Assembly: GCA_012798115.1 (NCBI GenBank)
Contig: JAAZNV010000006.1
Coordinates: forward strand, 155,971-219,970
Reading direction: 5' to 3'
From: a candidate division WWE3 bacterium
GTDB taxonomy: Bacteria > Patescibacteriota > WWE3 > UBA101185 > UBA10185
DNA length: 64,000 bases
Position numbers and translations under genes: made by a program. The notes beneath the pieces are model-generated. The model ran no database searches. It was not told the origin of the DNA and saw only the letters and a program-made list of their open reading frames with translations. Shown piece after piece: positions 20,759-29,346 of the stretch; position 1 is the stretch's first letter, and each line of letters opens with the position of its first letter.

Positions 20759-21550
20759 CTAATGTGCCTTACCGTGGCATCTCTTATACTTTTTCCCGCT
20801 ACCACATGGGCAAGGTTTATTACGTCCAACCTCAATAATATCGCTGCCAGTCGGTTTTTTAGCTTGTTCTAGGAAAATTCCAGCTGCGCCAATCATGAGA
20901 CCACTTTGATTAGTAATCTTCTTTGTAGGATAAGATGGAATCAACGTCCATAGTAATTCATGACCAATCTGTCGTATGCTCGCTAACTCGGCGCCAGTTA
21001 GATCAGTCCAATTTCTGCCATCATTACTAACTTTCCAACCCAGAGAATTCTGTCGAGTGAGCTCAATGTACTTCTTTTCAAGCTCTGGGTCGACATGAGC
21101 ACCTCCGTCCTGGTTTGCCACATATAGCACAATATCTTTTCTGGTAAAGCTGTTGCTATTAGCGTCAGTAAATATTTCCTCATGCCAATAATCATCGAAA
21201 TTGAGCATCCTGGTTTGGCCAAATGGTAGATCATCCAAATATGGAGTATATCCGCTTTTACTACCCGAAGCTATTGCTAGGAGAGCAGAGTAACTACCGA
21301 CTCGAACCATATTTGGTTTGTCTTCTTTTGGCACAGCAGTACTTAAAAATTTACCAGATTTCAATCCAAGCTGACTAAGTAAAGAATGGGATTTTAGTGT
21401 GTCATGGACGAGAATGCGTATGCATGTAGCCATTGGCTTGGCCATTAGGGTATTCCCAGTATCGTATGCATCAGCCAAACGACTTAATAACTCGAGCTGT
21501 TCATCTAAATTTCTCTTTAATTCGACTTGTGTCTGCCTAATATTAGTCAT
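20759..21550 (-). CDS. SEC-C motif protein with uncharacterised N-terminal domain
   Basis: C-terminal [20 protein letters not shown] (SEC-C). Conserved-looking RILVHD and [10 protein letters not shown] motifs. ATG 21550 lies just inside the boundary site. Confidence 0.85.
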   Translation of the reverse strand: MTNIRQTQVELKRNLDEQLELLSRLADAYDTGNTLMAKPMATCIRILVHDTLKSHSLLSQLGLKSGKFLSTAVPKEDKPNMVRVGSYSALLAIASGSKSGYTPYLDDLPFGQTRMLNFDDYWHEEIFTDANSNSFTRKDIVLYVANQDGGAHVDPELEKKYIELTRQNSLGWKVSNDGRNWTDLTGAELASIRQIGHELLWTLIPSYPTKKITNQSGLMIGAAGIFLEQAKKPTGSDIIEVGRNKPCPCGSGKKYKRCHGKAH

Positions 21551-21557
21551 ACTATAC

Positions 21558-21585
21558 CTGGCTGAGTACATAGATCTAGAACCAC
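21558..21585. repeat. 28-bp cassette-boundary site, copy B
   Basis: CTGGCTGAGTA CATAGA TCTAGAACCAC, a direct repeat of 20716-20743 located 842 bp away. Confidence 0.8.
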
Positions 21586-21601
21586 GCTGACTGCTGATAA
21601 A

Positions 21602-21889
21602 TCAATGTCTGGGATTTCCAAGTCTCAGCTTTTTAAGTAGTTCAAGAGTAGTTTTAACTGATAGGTTTTCGTCGTTTACAAAATGAACACGATTGCCAAA
21701 TCTGTCGATCAGATTAGTAATGAATTCATCTGCCCAGGAAGGTGTGAAAGTGGTAACACCTTCAAAATCAATATCCAATACTTCGTTTTCAGACATATTT
21801 CTCAACAATGGTTCTATGGCTGCAAGTGCCTCACGCCCATCCTGTCTTGATGTTAGAAGATCTCCAAATTTTTTAAGTTCTATTTTCAT
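21602..21889 (-). CDS. STAS-like domain protein (DUF4325-like)
   Basis: LTSRQDG, LDIDFEGV, TPSWADE pattern. Directly follows a GHKL ATPase gene. Confidence 0.8.
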   Translation of the reverse strand: MKIELKKFGDLLTSRQDGREALAAIEPLLRNMSENEVLDIDFEGVTTFTPSWADEFITNLIDRFGNRVHFVNDENLSVKTTLELLKKLRLGNPRH

Positions 21890-21898
21890 ATTTTTTAC

Positions 21899-22627
21899 TT
21901 AAAATTTAATTAATGCTAAACAGCCACTATAATACAACTCAGTTTTGTATATCTCCATCTTTTTAACTTCGTTATTATCGTTATTAATAGAAACTTTAGC
22001 GCCACCACTGTAGAAGTTTATTTCAATAGCTTTGTTTAATGCTACCTCTAGCACAAATTTAAGCCCATTTCCCCTTGCCTCAGGAGATCTACCTGAGATA
22101 ACTTCAGTAAATGCAACATGCAAAGCATCTTCATCATTTCTAACATCTGGCTTTACTCTCTTTAGCGTCCTTAAGATGCCCTGTCCTCTGTCTGCTAGGG
22201 CTATTTGTCTTTTGTTTGTGTCATACGAAAAGAATACTCCTGAAATATCCGGCCAGTTTCCTAGATTATGATCAAATGAATTATTTCCTATCTCTCCCGC
22301 TATGGCAACAATAAGTGGGTAATACTCTTTTAGATCCTGTAACTTTTCTAGAGCACTTTGTAGTTTTGAAAGTCTTCCTTTGAATTCTGAGCTAGTTGGA
22401 CAATAAAATGTGTTTTCTGGTTCTATTGCAGGACCTAACACCCACTCTGTTGCTAAAGCAAATATATCCTTCTTAAATAATTCTAAATCTGTCTGGGAAT
22501 AGTAACGGTGGCCACCTACACTCTTTTTAGCGGGTAGTTTTCCACTTTTATCCCAGCGTCTAAGTGTAGCGATTGATATACTTAGTTGTTTAGCAGCTTT
22601 GCTTATTGTTAGGTTGTCGTTTGTCAT
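21899..22627 (-). CDS. MerR/excisionase-type HTH fused to a GHKL (HATPase_c-like) domain
   Basis: ISKAAKQLSISIATLRRWDKSGKL..GGHRYY (HTH), EIGNNSFDH (N box), DRGQGI (G1), RGNGL (G2). Confidence 0.85.
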   Translation of the reverse strand: MTNDNLTISKAAKQLSISIATLRRWDKSGKLPAKKSVGGHRYYSQTDLELFKKDIFALATEWVLGPAIEPENTFYCPTSSEFKGRLSKLQSALEKLQDLKEYYPLIVAIAGEIGNNSFDHNLGNWPDISGVFFSYDTNKRQIALADRGQGILRTLKRVKPDVRNDEDALHVAFTEVISGRSPEARGNGLKFVLEVALNKAIEINFYSGGAKVSINNDNNEVKKMEIYKTELYYSGCLALIKF

Positions 22628-22689
22628 AAATCTATACAATATTTATATCACAATGGATAAATCTATGCAATATTCGTCAAATCTATGCA
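22626..22689. promoter_or_regulatory. Three direct repeats AAATCTATRCA at the start/promoter of the HTH-GHKL gene (putative autoregulatory operator)
   Basis: Copies start at 22628, 22659 and 22679. The first two share ATAAATCTATRCAATATT. Confidence 0.65.
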
Positions 22690-22968
22690 TGTTTCTGTCT
22701 TTGTCTATCAACAAAATGTGTTTCAGACTACACAGCACCGTAAGCCTTCGATATAGTTGGGTCTTAAAGACTAGGACTTATATACCTTCTATAACTCTTA
22801 TGATCGTTCCCTTAATATTCTTTGGAAACTTTGAGGAAATCTCTATAATTAACAAAAATGTTAACTTTGACGGAACATGTTTCTATGTTTTACCTATAGG
22901 TAAAAAGTTCTATATTTAGATAAAAACAGGCAATTTTCCCTGATATACTCTATAATTAAGAAGTAGTC

Positions 22969-24186
22969 ATGTCTAAAAGTATGCAGAATTACAATATAAT
23001 CTGCCTGTCCAACCAACTTTGGGATTTTCCTTTATGGACGAATAAACGTCATGTTATGGGTAGAATGCCAAAATTTGGAAATAATGTTCTTTTTGTAGAT
23101 CCTCCAATTAGAATTGGAAGAGTTTTCTTTAAGTATTTGTTGAAGGGGAAGTGGCCTTTATCCAGAATACTGACAAAAAGAATGAAAACAAAAGAAGGCG
23201 TAGTTGTGTTTACTCCTTTAAGCCTTTCTTTATCAAAATTTACATCCTTAAAACATGCTAAGGATATAAATAAAATATCATCAAAAGTATTTGATAAAAA
23301 CAAAAAGACTATCCTTTGGGTATACCATGTTGAAATTCCAGGTCTTGAAAATTACTTAAGAAACATCAAACATGACTTCTTAGTTTATGATTGTGTTGAT
23401 AATTATGAAGCCTTTCCAAAGTATAATACTCCTGAAAAAAGAAAATTTATTGCAAGTCAAGAAAAGCTTTTAGCATCTCGTGCAAATATTGTTTTTGCTA
23501 CAACTCCTGGTCTTGTTGATAAACTTAAGAAATATAATTTAAACTCTCACTTTGCTCCTAATGTTGGAGACTATGAAAGATACTTTGGCCTAAAAGATAA
23601 GAAGTTTAGCACGCCTGAAGATTTAAATGGTATAAAACATCCAATAATTGGCTTTACTGGTGCTGTTGATGAGTATAAATTTGATAAGGAGTTGTTCAAG
23701 AAAGTTGCTCTTGATTATCCGACGTACTCATTTGTAATTGTTGGTCCAATGGCATTAAAAGATAAATCCTCCTCTAAAAAGGATTTAGGTTTAGATTGTA
23801 TTAAGAATGTATATTTCCTAGGAGCAAAAGAATATCCAGAACTCCCAAGATACATAGCTTCGTTTGATGAAATGATCATTCCATATCAGCTTAATAGTTA
23901 TACTGTTGCTGGTTGTTTTCCTGTAAAGTTTTGGGATTATCTTGCTGCAGGTCTTCCTGTTGTTGTTACAGATCTTCCAGCATATACACCTTTTGCAAAC
24001 GTTTGTTACATCTCTAGAAATTCAAATGAATTTTCACAGAATATTAGGAGAGCCTTAGAAGAAGATAATCTAGAAAGAATAAAGCAAAGACAGATTATTG
24101 CTAAAGAAAACACATGGGAAGGTAAGGTGTTAAAAATGTTATCTTTAGTAGAAGATTCTATGCATGTGAAAAATACAACGAAATGA
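22969..24186 (+). CDS. GT-B glycosyltransferase (TuaH-like)
   Basis: WTNKRH, VYDCVD, IGFTGA, FPVKFWDYLAAGLPVV. Confidence 0.88.
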   Translation: MSKSMQNYNIICLSNQLWDFPLWTNKRHVMGRMPKFGNNVLFVDPPIRIGRVFFKYLLKGKWPLSRILTKRMKTKEGVVVFTPLSLSLSKFTSLKHAKDINKISSKVFDKNKKTILWVYHVEIPGLENYLRNIKHDFLVYDCVDNYEAFPKYNTPEKRKFIASQEKLLASRANIVFATTPGLVDKLKKYNLNSHFAPNVGDYERYFGLKDKKFSTPEDLNGIKHPIIGFTGAVDEYKFDKELFKKVALDYPTYSFVIVGPMALKDKSSSKKDLGLDCIKNVYFLGAKEYPELPRYIASFDEMIIPYQLNSYTVAGCFPVKFWDYLAAGLPVVVTDLPAYTPFANVCYISRNSNEFSQNIRRALEEDNLERIKQRQIIAKENTWEGKVLKMLSLVEDSMHVKNTTK

Positions 24187-25349
24187 AGATACTTTACGTT
24201 TTAAATTCAAGTAAATATGGTGGGATGGAATGGCATGTTTATGATCTTATTAAAGGAATGATTCAAAAAGGCCATGAAGTTTTTGTATGGTGTCCTGGAG
24301 GTGTAATGAGTGATGCTTATTCTAGTTTAGGGGCAAAAACTTTTAATAAGGAAATATTAAAAGATATTGATTTAAAGTATATTAGTGAGTTGTCTTTGTT
24401 TATTAAAGAAAATAACATTGATATTGTTCATGCTCATGAGCTAAAAGCAGCCTCAAATGCTCTTCTTGCAGGGAACAAAGCAAAAGTTAAAGTTTTGATT
24501 ACTCACACTCACACTCCAATATCAGAATGGAAAATACCTGAATTTAAGAAGAAGATAAATGAAAAAGTTTACAGTTACTTAGTTAATAGGTACTCAAGCT
24601 CTGAGATAGCTCTTACTAAATCTAAGAAAAAGGCAAAAATGAAAGAAGGAATAAAAGAAAACAAACTTACTGTTATTCCAAATGGTCTTGAGACCTTAAA
24701 GTTTAACGTTAGTCCCAACCAAAGAGCAGATTATGCAGAAGAAATTAGGAGTAAATACAATATCCCCAAGACAGCATTTGTTTTTGGTAATGTTGGAAGG
24801 CTTACCGAGGAAAAAGGAATAGATGTTTTGATTAAAGCTTTTAGCAAATTTTTAAAATCTGATTTATTTCATCAAAGAGACTTTTATCTTTTAATTGCTG
24901 GGGGAGGTAAACTTGAAGAATCTTTAAAACAATTAACACAAGAACTTAATCTTGATGGAAAAGTTTTTATTACTGGTGCTTTTGATGATCACGATAAGGT
25001 AAAATATTATTGTTCTTTTGATGCATTTGTGTTTCCTTCTCTTGCAGAAGGATTTGGAATTGTTCTTCTTGAAGCTTTGTATATGGGCCTTCCTACTGTT
25101 TGTTCTAATCTTGAAGTGTTAGAAGAAGTTGGGGGTGATAGTGTAAAGTACTTTGAAGCTGGAAATGATATCTTGTTGTCTAAGGCCATGATTGATGAAT
25201 ATGAAATATCAAGTAAAGATGGAAAATCCGTATCTGATAGATCTAAACTACGAGTTGAATCTTTGTACTCCATGGAAAAGTTTGTTAGTAATTACTTAAA
25301 TTTATATACAAAGTTAATGGAGGAAGCTGCAGCTAAGAGGAAGAAATAA
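24183..25349 (+). CDS. GT4 family glycosyltransferase
   Basis: GGMEWH, VGRLTEEKG, FPSLAEGFGIVLLEA. Confidence 0.92.
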   Translation: MKILYVLNSSKYGGMEWHVYDLIKGMIQKGHEVFVWCPGGVMSDAYSSLGAKTFNKEILKDIDLKYISELSLFIKENNIDIVHAHELKAASNALLAGNKAKVKVLITHTHTPISEWKIPEFKKKINEKVYSYLVNRYSSSEIALTKSKKKAKMKEGIKENKLTVIPNGLETLKFNVSPNQRADYAEEIRSKYNIPKTAFVFGNVGRLTEEKGIDVLIKAFSKFLKSDLFHQRDFYLLIAGGGKLEESLKQLTQELNLDGKVFITGAFDDHDKVKYYCSFDAFVFPSLAEGFGIVLLEALYMGLPTVCSNLEVLEEVGGDSVKYFEAGNDILLSKAMIDEYEISSKDGKSVSDRSKLRVESLYSMEKFVSNYLNLYTKLMEEAAAKRKK

Positions 25350-25352
25350 CTT

Positions 25353-26489
25353 ATGAAAGGTATGAAGGTATTAATGTTAGGAAGAATAGGCTTAATGAAG
25401 GCAAGAGGAGGGGATAGAATTCAAGTTGAAAATACTGCTTCTGAGCTTAGAAAACTTGGCGTTGATGTAGATATTAAAACAAATATGAAGTTTAACCCTT
25501 GGGAATATGATCTAGTACATATTTTTCAGCTTGATTGGACACCTGAAACTTATCTTTATGCTAAGAAAGTTAAAAAATACAATAAACCTATTGTTCTTTC
25601 TCCTATTCATCATAGTGTTGAAGAAGTAAAGAAATTTGATGATGAATTTGTTTTTGATTTTAGGAGATTATCTAAAGTTTTGTTTAAAGATCAATTCAGA
25701 AGAGATACTTTTAAAAATATATACAGATCTTTTTTTAATCCAAGAATGATTGTTCCAACGCTTTATAGTATCTTTATTGGATTTAAAAATATGCAAAAAA
25801 GAACCTTGAATATGGTAGATGTTGTGCTGGTTCAAACCGTAAAAGAAGCTGAAGATTTGAAGAAAACATTTAATGTGGATTTTAAGTGGCATAAAGTGCT
25901 AAATGGTGTAGGAAAAGCTTTTATTGATTCAAAGGAGTATAAAAATAAATTTAGTTTTGAAGACTATATTATATGTGTAGGAAGGATAGAGCCTAGAAAG
26001 AATCAGTTAAGTGTGATAGAAGCAGTAAAAAGATTTAGGGAGGAAGAGAAGAAAGATGTGCAGCTTGTCCTTATAGGTCAAATGAGCTTAATTAAACATT
26101 TTGAATTTAACTACTTAATTAAGAAGTGCTTTAAGAAGTATAGATGGATTCATCATGTTAACGGTGTTTCTTATTCTGATATGCCTTCTTATTATCACTT
26201 TGCAAAGGTTTGTGTATCAGCAAGTTGGTTTGAAACAACAGGGTTAACTAGCCTTGAAGCTTTATATTGTGGAACAAATTCTGTGGCTGCAGGACTGCGA
26301 GCTAAAGAATATCTTGGAGGGTATGCTTCATTTTGCAAGCCTGATGATGTTAATTCCATTAAAGATGCTATTAAGAAAGAATACTATGCCTCAAGACCTG
26401 TAATTAATGACAAAATTAAGGAAGAATATACTTGGAGCAACGCAGCAAAGAAGACTTTTGAGGTTTATAATGAAGTTCTAAAGATGTAA
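25353..26489 (+). CDS. GT4 family glycosyltransferase
   Basis: GGDRIQ, VGRIEPRKNQ, SWFETTGLTSLEA. Confidence 0.9.
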   Translation: MKGMKVLMLGRIGLMKARGGDRIQVENTASELRKLGVDVDIKTNMKFNPWEYDLVHIFQLDWTPETYLYAKKVKKYNKPIVLSPIHHSVEEVKKFDDEFVFDFRRLSKVLFKDQFRRDTFKNIYRSFFNPRMIVPTLYSIFIGFKNMQKRTLNMVDVVLVQTVKEAEDLKKTFNVDFKWHKVLNGVGKAFIDSKEYKNKFSFEDYIICVGRIEPRKNQLSVIEAVKRFREEEKKDVQLVLIGQMSLIKHFEFNYLIKKCFKKYRWIHHVNGVSYSDMPSYYHFAKVCVSASWFETTGLTSLEALYCGTNSVAAGLRAKEYLGGYASFCKPDDVNSIKDAIKKEYYASRPVINDKIKEEYTWSNAAKKTFEVYNEVLKM

Positions 26490-26490
26490 T

Positions 26491-29346
26491 ATGCTTGAAA
26501 TTGGAGTTTTAATACTTATTTTTATACTTTCTTACATTTTGATCTTACGAAACTTCAAATTATCTTTGTATGTTTTGATTATATTGTCTGTCTTAATGCA
26601 CAAAGAGCTTTTTAGCTTTTATACATGGGACTTAATGCCAATTAGAGTTTTCATGCTTGCCATTTTTTGTGCTGGAATAACACAAATGTTTTTGTGTTTA
26701 AAGAGAACAAAAAGTTTGAAGCCACTTTTTTCTTACCTTAAAGATCCTTTTGTTTTAATCCTTTTTCTTTTGTGGCTTGTTAGAGGTATTTCGATTTTTA
26801 ATACAAAAAATTTCCAAGCAAGTATCTCTTTATATGCTTTTTTTACAACAGTAGTAGCTTTAGGAATATACATTTATTTGACTTTTAAAGATAAACCTCA
26901 AGAACTATTAAGATATATAAGGTTTTATTCCTATGTTGTGTTTATATTAACTTTATTTGGGTTGTTTCAATTAGCTTTGTACTACAAAACAGGAAAGGTA
27001 GTTGGAGCTATGTGGCCTGTTCCAGGAAAAGTTCCAAGAGTGGGTAGTTTGTTTTGGGACGTCAATCATTATGGATCCTTACTTGCAGCTATTCTCCCTG
27101 TGCTTGGGGTGTTTATTCTTACTGACAAAGGAGCTAAGAAAAAGCTGTTAGATATTATAATGTTTGGTTCTGTTTCCTTTGCTCTCTTGTTAACTAATTC
27201 CAGGTCTGCATGGATGCTTGGAGGTTTTGCACTTCTTTCTTTTATTACTTTTCTTCTCTTAAAGAAATTTGGTTTTAAAGGTATCGTCTATATAGTTTTA
27301 GCTGTTGTTTTAGTGGCTACCCCCATGCTTGCTGAATATAGCAACAAAAAAAGCCCTTTTAGACAAAAAGTAAGAGATGCCTTTCATTATAGAATAGATT
27401 CTTTTGACTCTCATCTTATGCTTTTAACAGGAGCTTATCAGATATTTGAAGATTATCCTGTATTAGGTGGAGGTTATGGGTCGTTCTTTGAGCATTTTAG
27501 TAAAACTGAAATTGCTCCAACCTTTTTTAGTAGAGATCCTGCAGCTTTAAATACTAGAGTTCCTGCTCACACTATTTGGGGTGAAGCTTTATCAGAAACT
27601 GGAATGGTTGGCACTTCTGTGTTGATTGTATTAGCATTTCTATTTTTACTTGCTCCTTTGTACGTGTTTTTTAATAGTGATTACAAGAATGTGTCATTAT
27701 TAGGTTCTGCTATGTCATCTGTGTTTATTGGTTGGTATATTGCTGGTATCTTTTATTCTTATAACTCTGAATTCTTTTGGATTATCTCATTTCTTTATCT
27801 TGTGTGGTCCGTTGGACATATTGGTAGTGGCTACTTTAAAAAGATAATTAACTACTTCTTTGGTAAGTCAGGATTCCTTTTAACAATAATATGTTTGTTA
27901 GCTTTCTTTTTAATATTCTTTAAACTTGGAGCAAATCACTTGATTCCTTGGGATGAAGCTATATATGCAAAGGTTGCAAAGAATATGGTTGAAAATAATC
28001 AGTATTTTGTTCTCCATTGGGATAATTTAATCAAAGGATGGTTTGAAAAACCTCCTCTTTATATGTGGATGATGTCTGGCTTTATGAAAGTATTAGGGTT
28101 TACGTCTCTTGCTGCTAGGCTTCCAAGTGCAGTGTTTGGATTCTTAACTGTGATTCTAGTTTTTACTTTTGCAAATAAACTATTTAACAGAAAAACTGTT
28201 GCATTCATATCATCCTTATCTATTTTGACTACAGTTCATTTTTTGTACTATTCAAGAGCTTCTATGCTTGATGTTACTACAACTTTCTTTATCACTCTTG
28301 CTTTGTATTTTTATTGGTGTGCTAAAACAAATGAAAAGAAACCTATGTGGATGTTATCAGGTGTTTCTGTAGGATTGGCTATTATGACTAAAGGCTTTGT
28401 GGGCCTTTTGCCTCTTTTAGTGATCAGTTTATATGAAACTTATCTTTTCATATTTGAGAGACAAAAACTAGATAAGAAGCTGTTCTTAAATTATCTAAGC
28501 TTATTTGGATTTGGTTTGTTGGTTTCTGCTCCTTGGCATATTGCTATGTATAAGATGTTTGGTCAGGAGTTCATAAATAAATACTTCATTTATCACGTTT
28601 GGGATAGGGCAACTATGGCAATAGAAGATAAAGGCAATCCTTTTTTCTGGTATATTGTTGTTCTTAAGGTTAGTATGAGGATTTGGTTTATTGCACTCCT
28701 TGGAGCTTTGCCATTGGGTTTGTACTTGTCAATTAAAAAAGATAAACGATTTGTATTTTTATCCATATGGTCACTAAGTATCTTTTTCTTTTTTTCTTTA
28801 GCAAAATCCAAACTTACTTGGTATATTATTCCAATCTATCCGCCTCTTTGTATTCTCGTAGGTTATTTTATAGAAAGATGCTTGAACTTTGTTATGAATA
28901 GGTTTAAGTCTTTTAACAACGAAACGTTTAAATTTTCATCTTTATATATTTTTGTAATCCTTTCCTTGTTTTATTTGTTCTTGAATAGAAGTTTGGTGTA
29001 TACAGATGATTTGAATGGTTCAAAAGCTAAGCTCTTGGAAATGGAAAGTGAGTATTTTGGTACCAGTTACACTGTTTATATGTCAAGAATGGAAGAACCA
29101 ACTCCTCTTTTCTATCTAAAAAGCCCTTATAAAATCGTTGATTTTAGGGCAGATAAAGAAGATAGGGTTCCAAGTGTTCCTGACAATGAGCCTTTAATTT
29201 TAATCACTAAAAAGGGCAGATATTCTGAATATGTAGCTGGGTATTCTGTGCCATCAAAAATTGTTATGGAAGATGGAGATTGGGTTTTGTGGTACTTGCC
29301 TCCTAAGACAGGGGTGTTTAATCTCCTTAAGAAACCAAATAATTAA
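26491..29346 (+). CDS. Fusion of O-antigen ligase/Wzy_C-like domain and ArnT/GT83 (PMT_2) glycosyltransferase
   Basis: N-half: TNSRSAW, GGGYGSF, AHTIWGEALSETG. C-half: WDEAIYA, WFEKPPL, ARLPS, MLD, MTKG, KLTWYIIPIYP. Confidence 0.8.
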   Translation: MLEIGVLILIFILSYILILRNFKLSLYVLIILSVLMHKELFSFYTWDLMPIRVFMLAIFCAGITQMFLCLKRTKSLKPLFSYLKDPFVLILFLLWLVRGISIFNTKNFQASISLYAFFTTVVALGIYIYLTFKDKPQELLRYIRFYSYVVFILTLFGLFQLALYYKTGKVVGAMWPVPGKVPRVGSLFWDVNHYGSLLAAILPVLGVFILTDKGAKKKLLDIIMFGSVSFALLLTNSRSAWMLGGFALLSFITFLLLKKFGFKGIVYIVLAVVLVATPMLAEYSNKKSPFRQKVRDAFHYRIDSFDSHLMLLTGAYQIFEDYPVLGGGYGSFFEHFSKTEIAPTFFSRDPAALNTRVPAHTIWGEALSETGMVGTSVLIVLAFLFLLAPLYVFFNSDYKNVSLLGSAMSSVFIGWYIAGIFYSYNSEFFWIISFLYLVWSVGHIGSGYFKKIINYFFGKSGFLLTIICLLAFFLIFFKLGANHLIPWDEAIYAKVAKNMVENNQYFVLHWDNLIKGWFEKPPLYMWMMSGFMKVLGFTSLAARLPSAVFGFLTVILVFTFANKLFNRKTVAFISSLSILTTVHFLYYSRASMLDVTTTFFITLALYFYWCAKTNEKKPMWMLSGVSVGLAIMTKGFVGLLPLLVISLYETYLFIFERQKLDKKLFLNYLSLFGFGLLVSAPWHIAMYKMFGQEFINKYFIYHVWDRATMAIEDKGNPFFWYIVVLKVSMRIWFIALLGALPLGLYLSIKKDKRFVFLSIWSLSIFFFFSLAKSKLTWYIIPIYPPLCILVGYFIERCLNFVMNRFKSFNNETFKFSSLYIFVILSLFYLFLNRSLVYTDDLNGSKAKLLEMESEYFGTSYTVYMSRMEEPTPLFYLKSPYKIVDFRADKEDRVPSVPDNEPLILITKKGRYSEYVAGYSVPSKIVMEDGDWVLWYLPPKTGVFNLLKKPNN

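Larger units (their letters stand above)
20047..22780 (-). mobile_element. Inserted minus-strand gene-cassette-like island (4 genes) inside the glycan locus
   Basis: Opposite orientation to both flanks, unrelated functions, higher GC in the SEC-C gene, and a repeated site between genes. No recombinase in the window. Confidence 0.55.

Noticed and set aside
20047-21585. Classical integron attC sites or a CRISPR array
   Set aside because: There is no RYYYAAC...GTTRRRY long hairpin after the genes and no intI. Repeat spacing is gene-sized and no cas genes are present.
21558-21590. Boundary repeat as a preQ1-I riboswitch (GGTTCTAG)
   Set aside because: It lacks the A-rich 3' tail and L2 pairing, and there are no queuosine genes downstream.
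22599-22919. 106-aa plus-strand ORF
   Set aside because: Non-ATG start, overlaps the operator repeats and the island edge, no recognisable motif.
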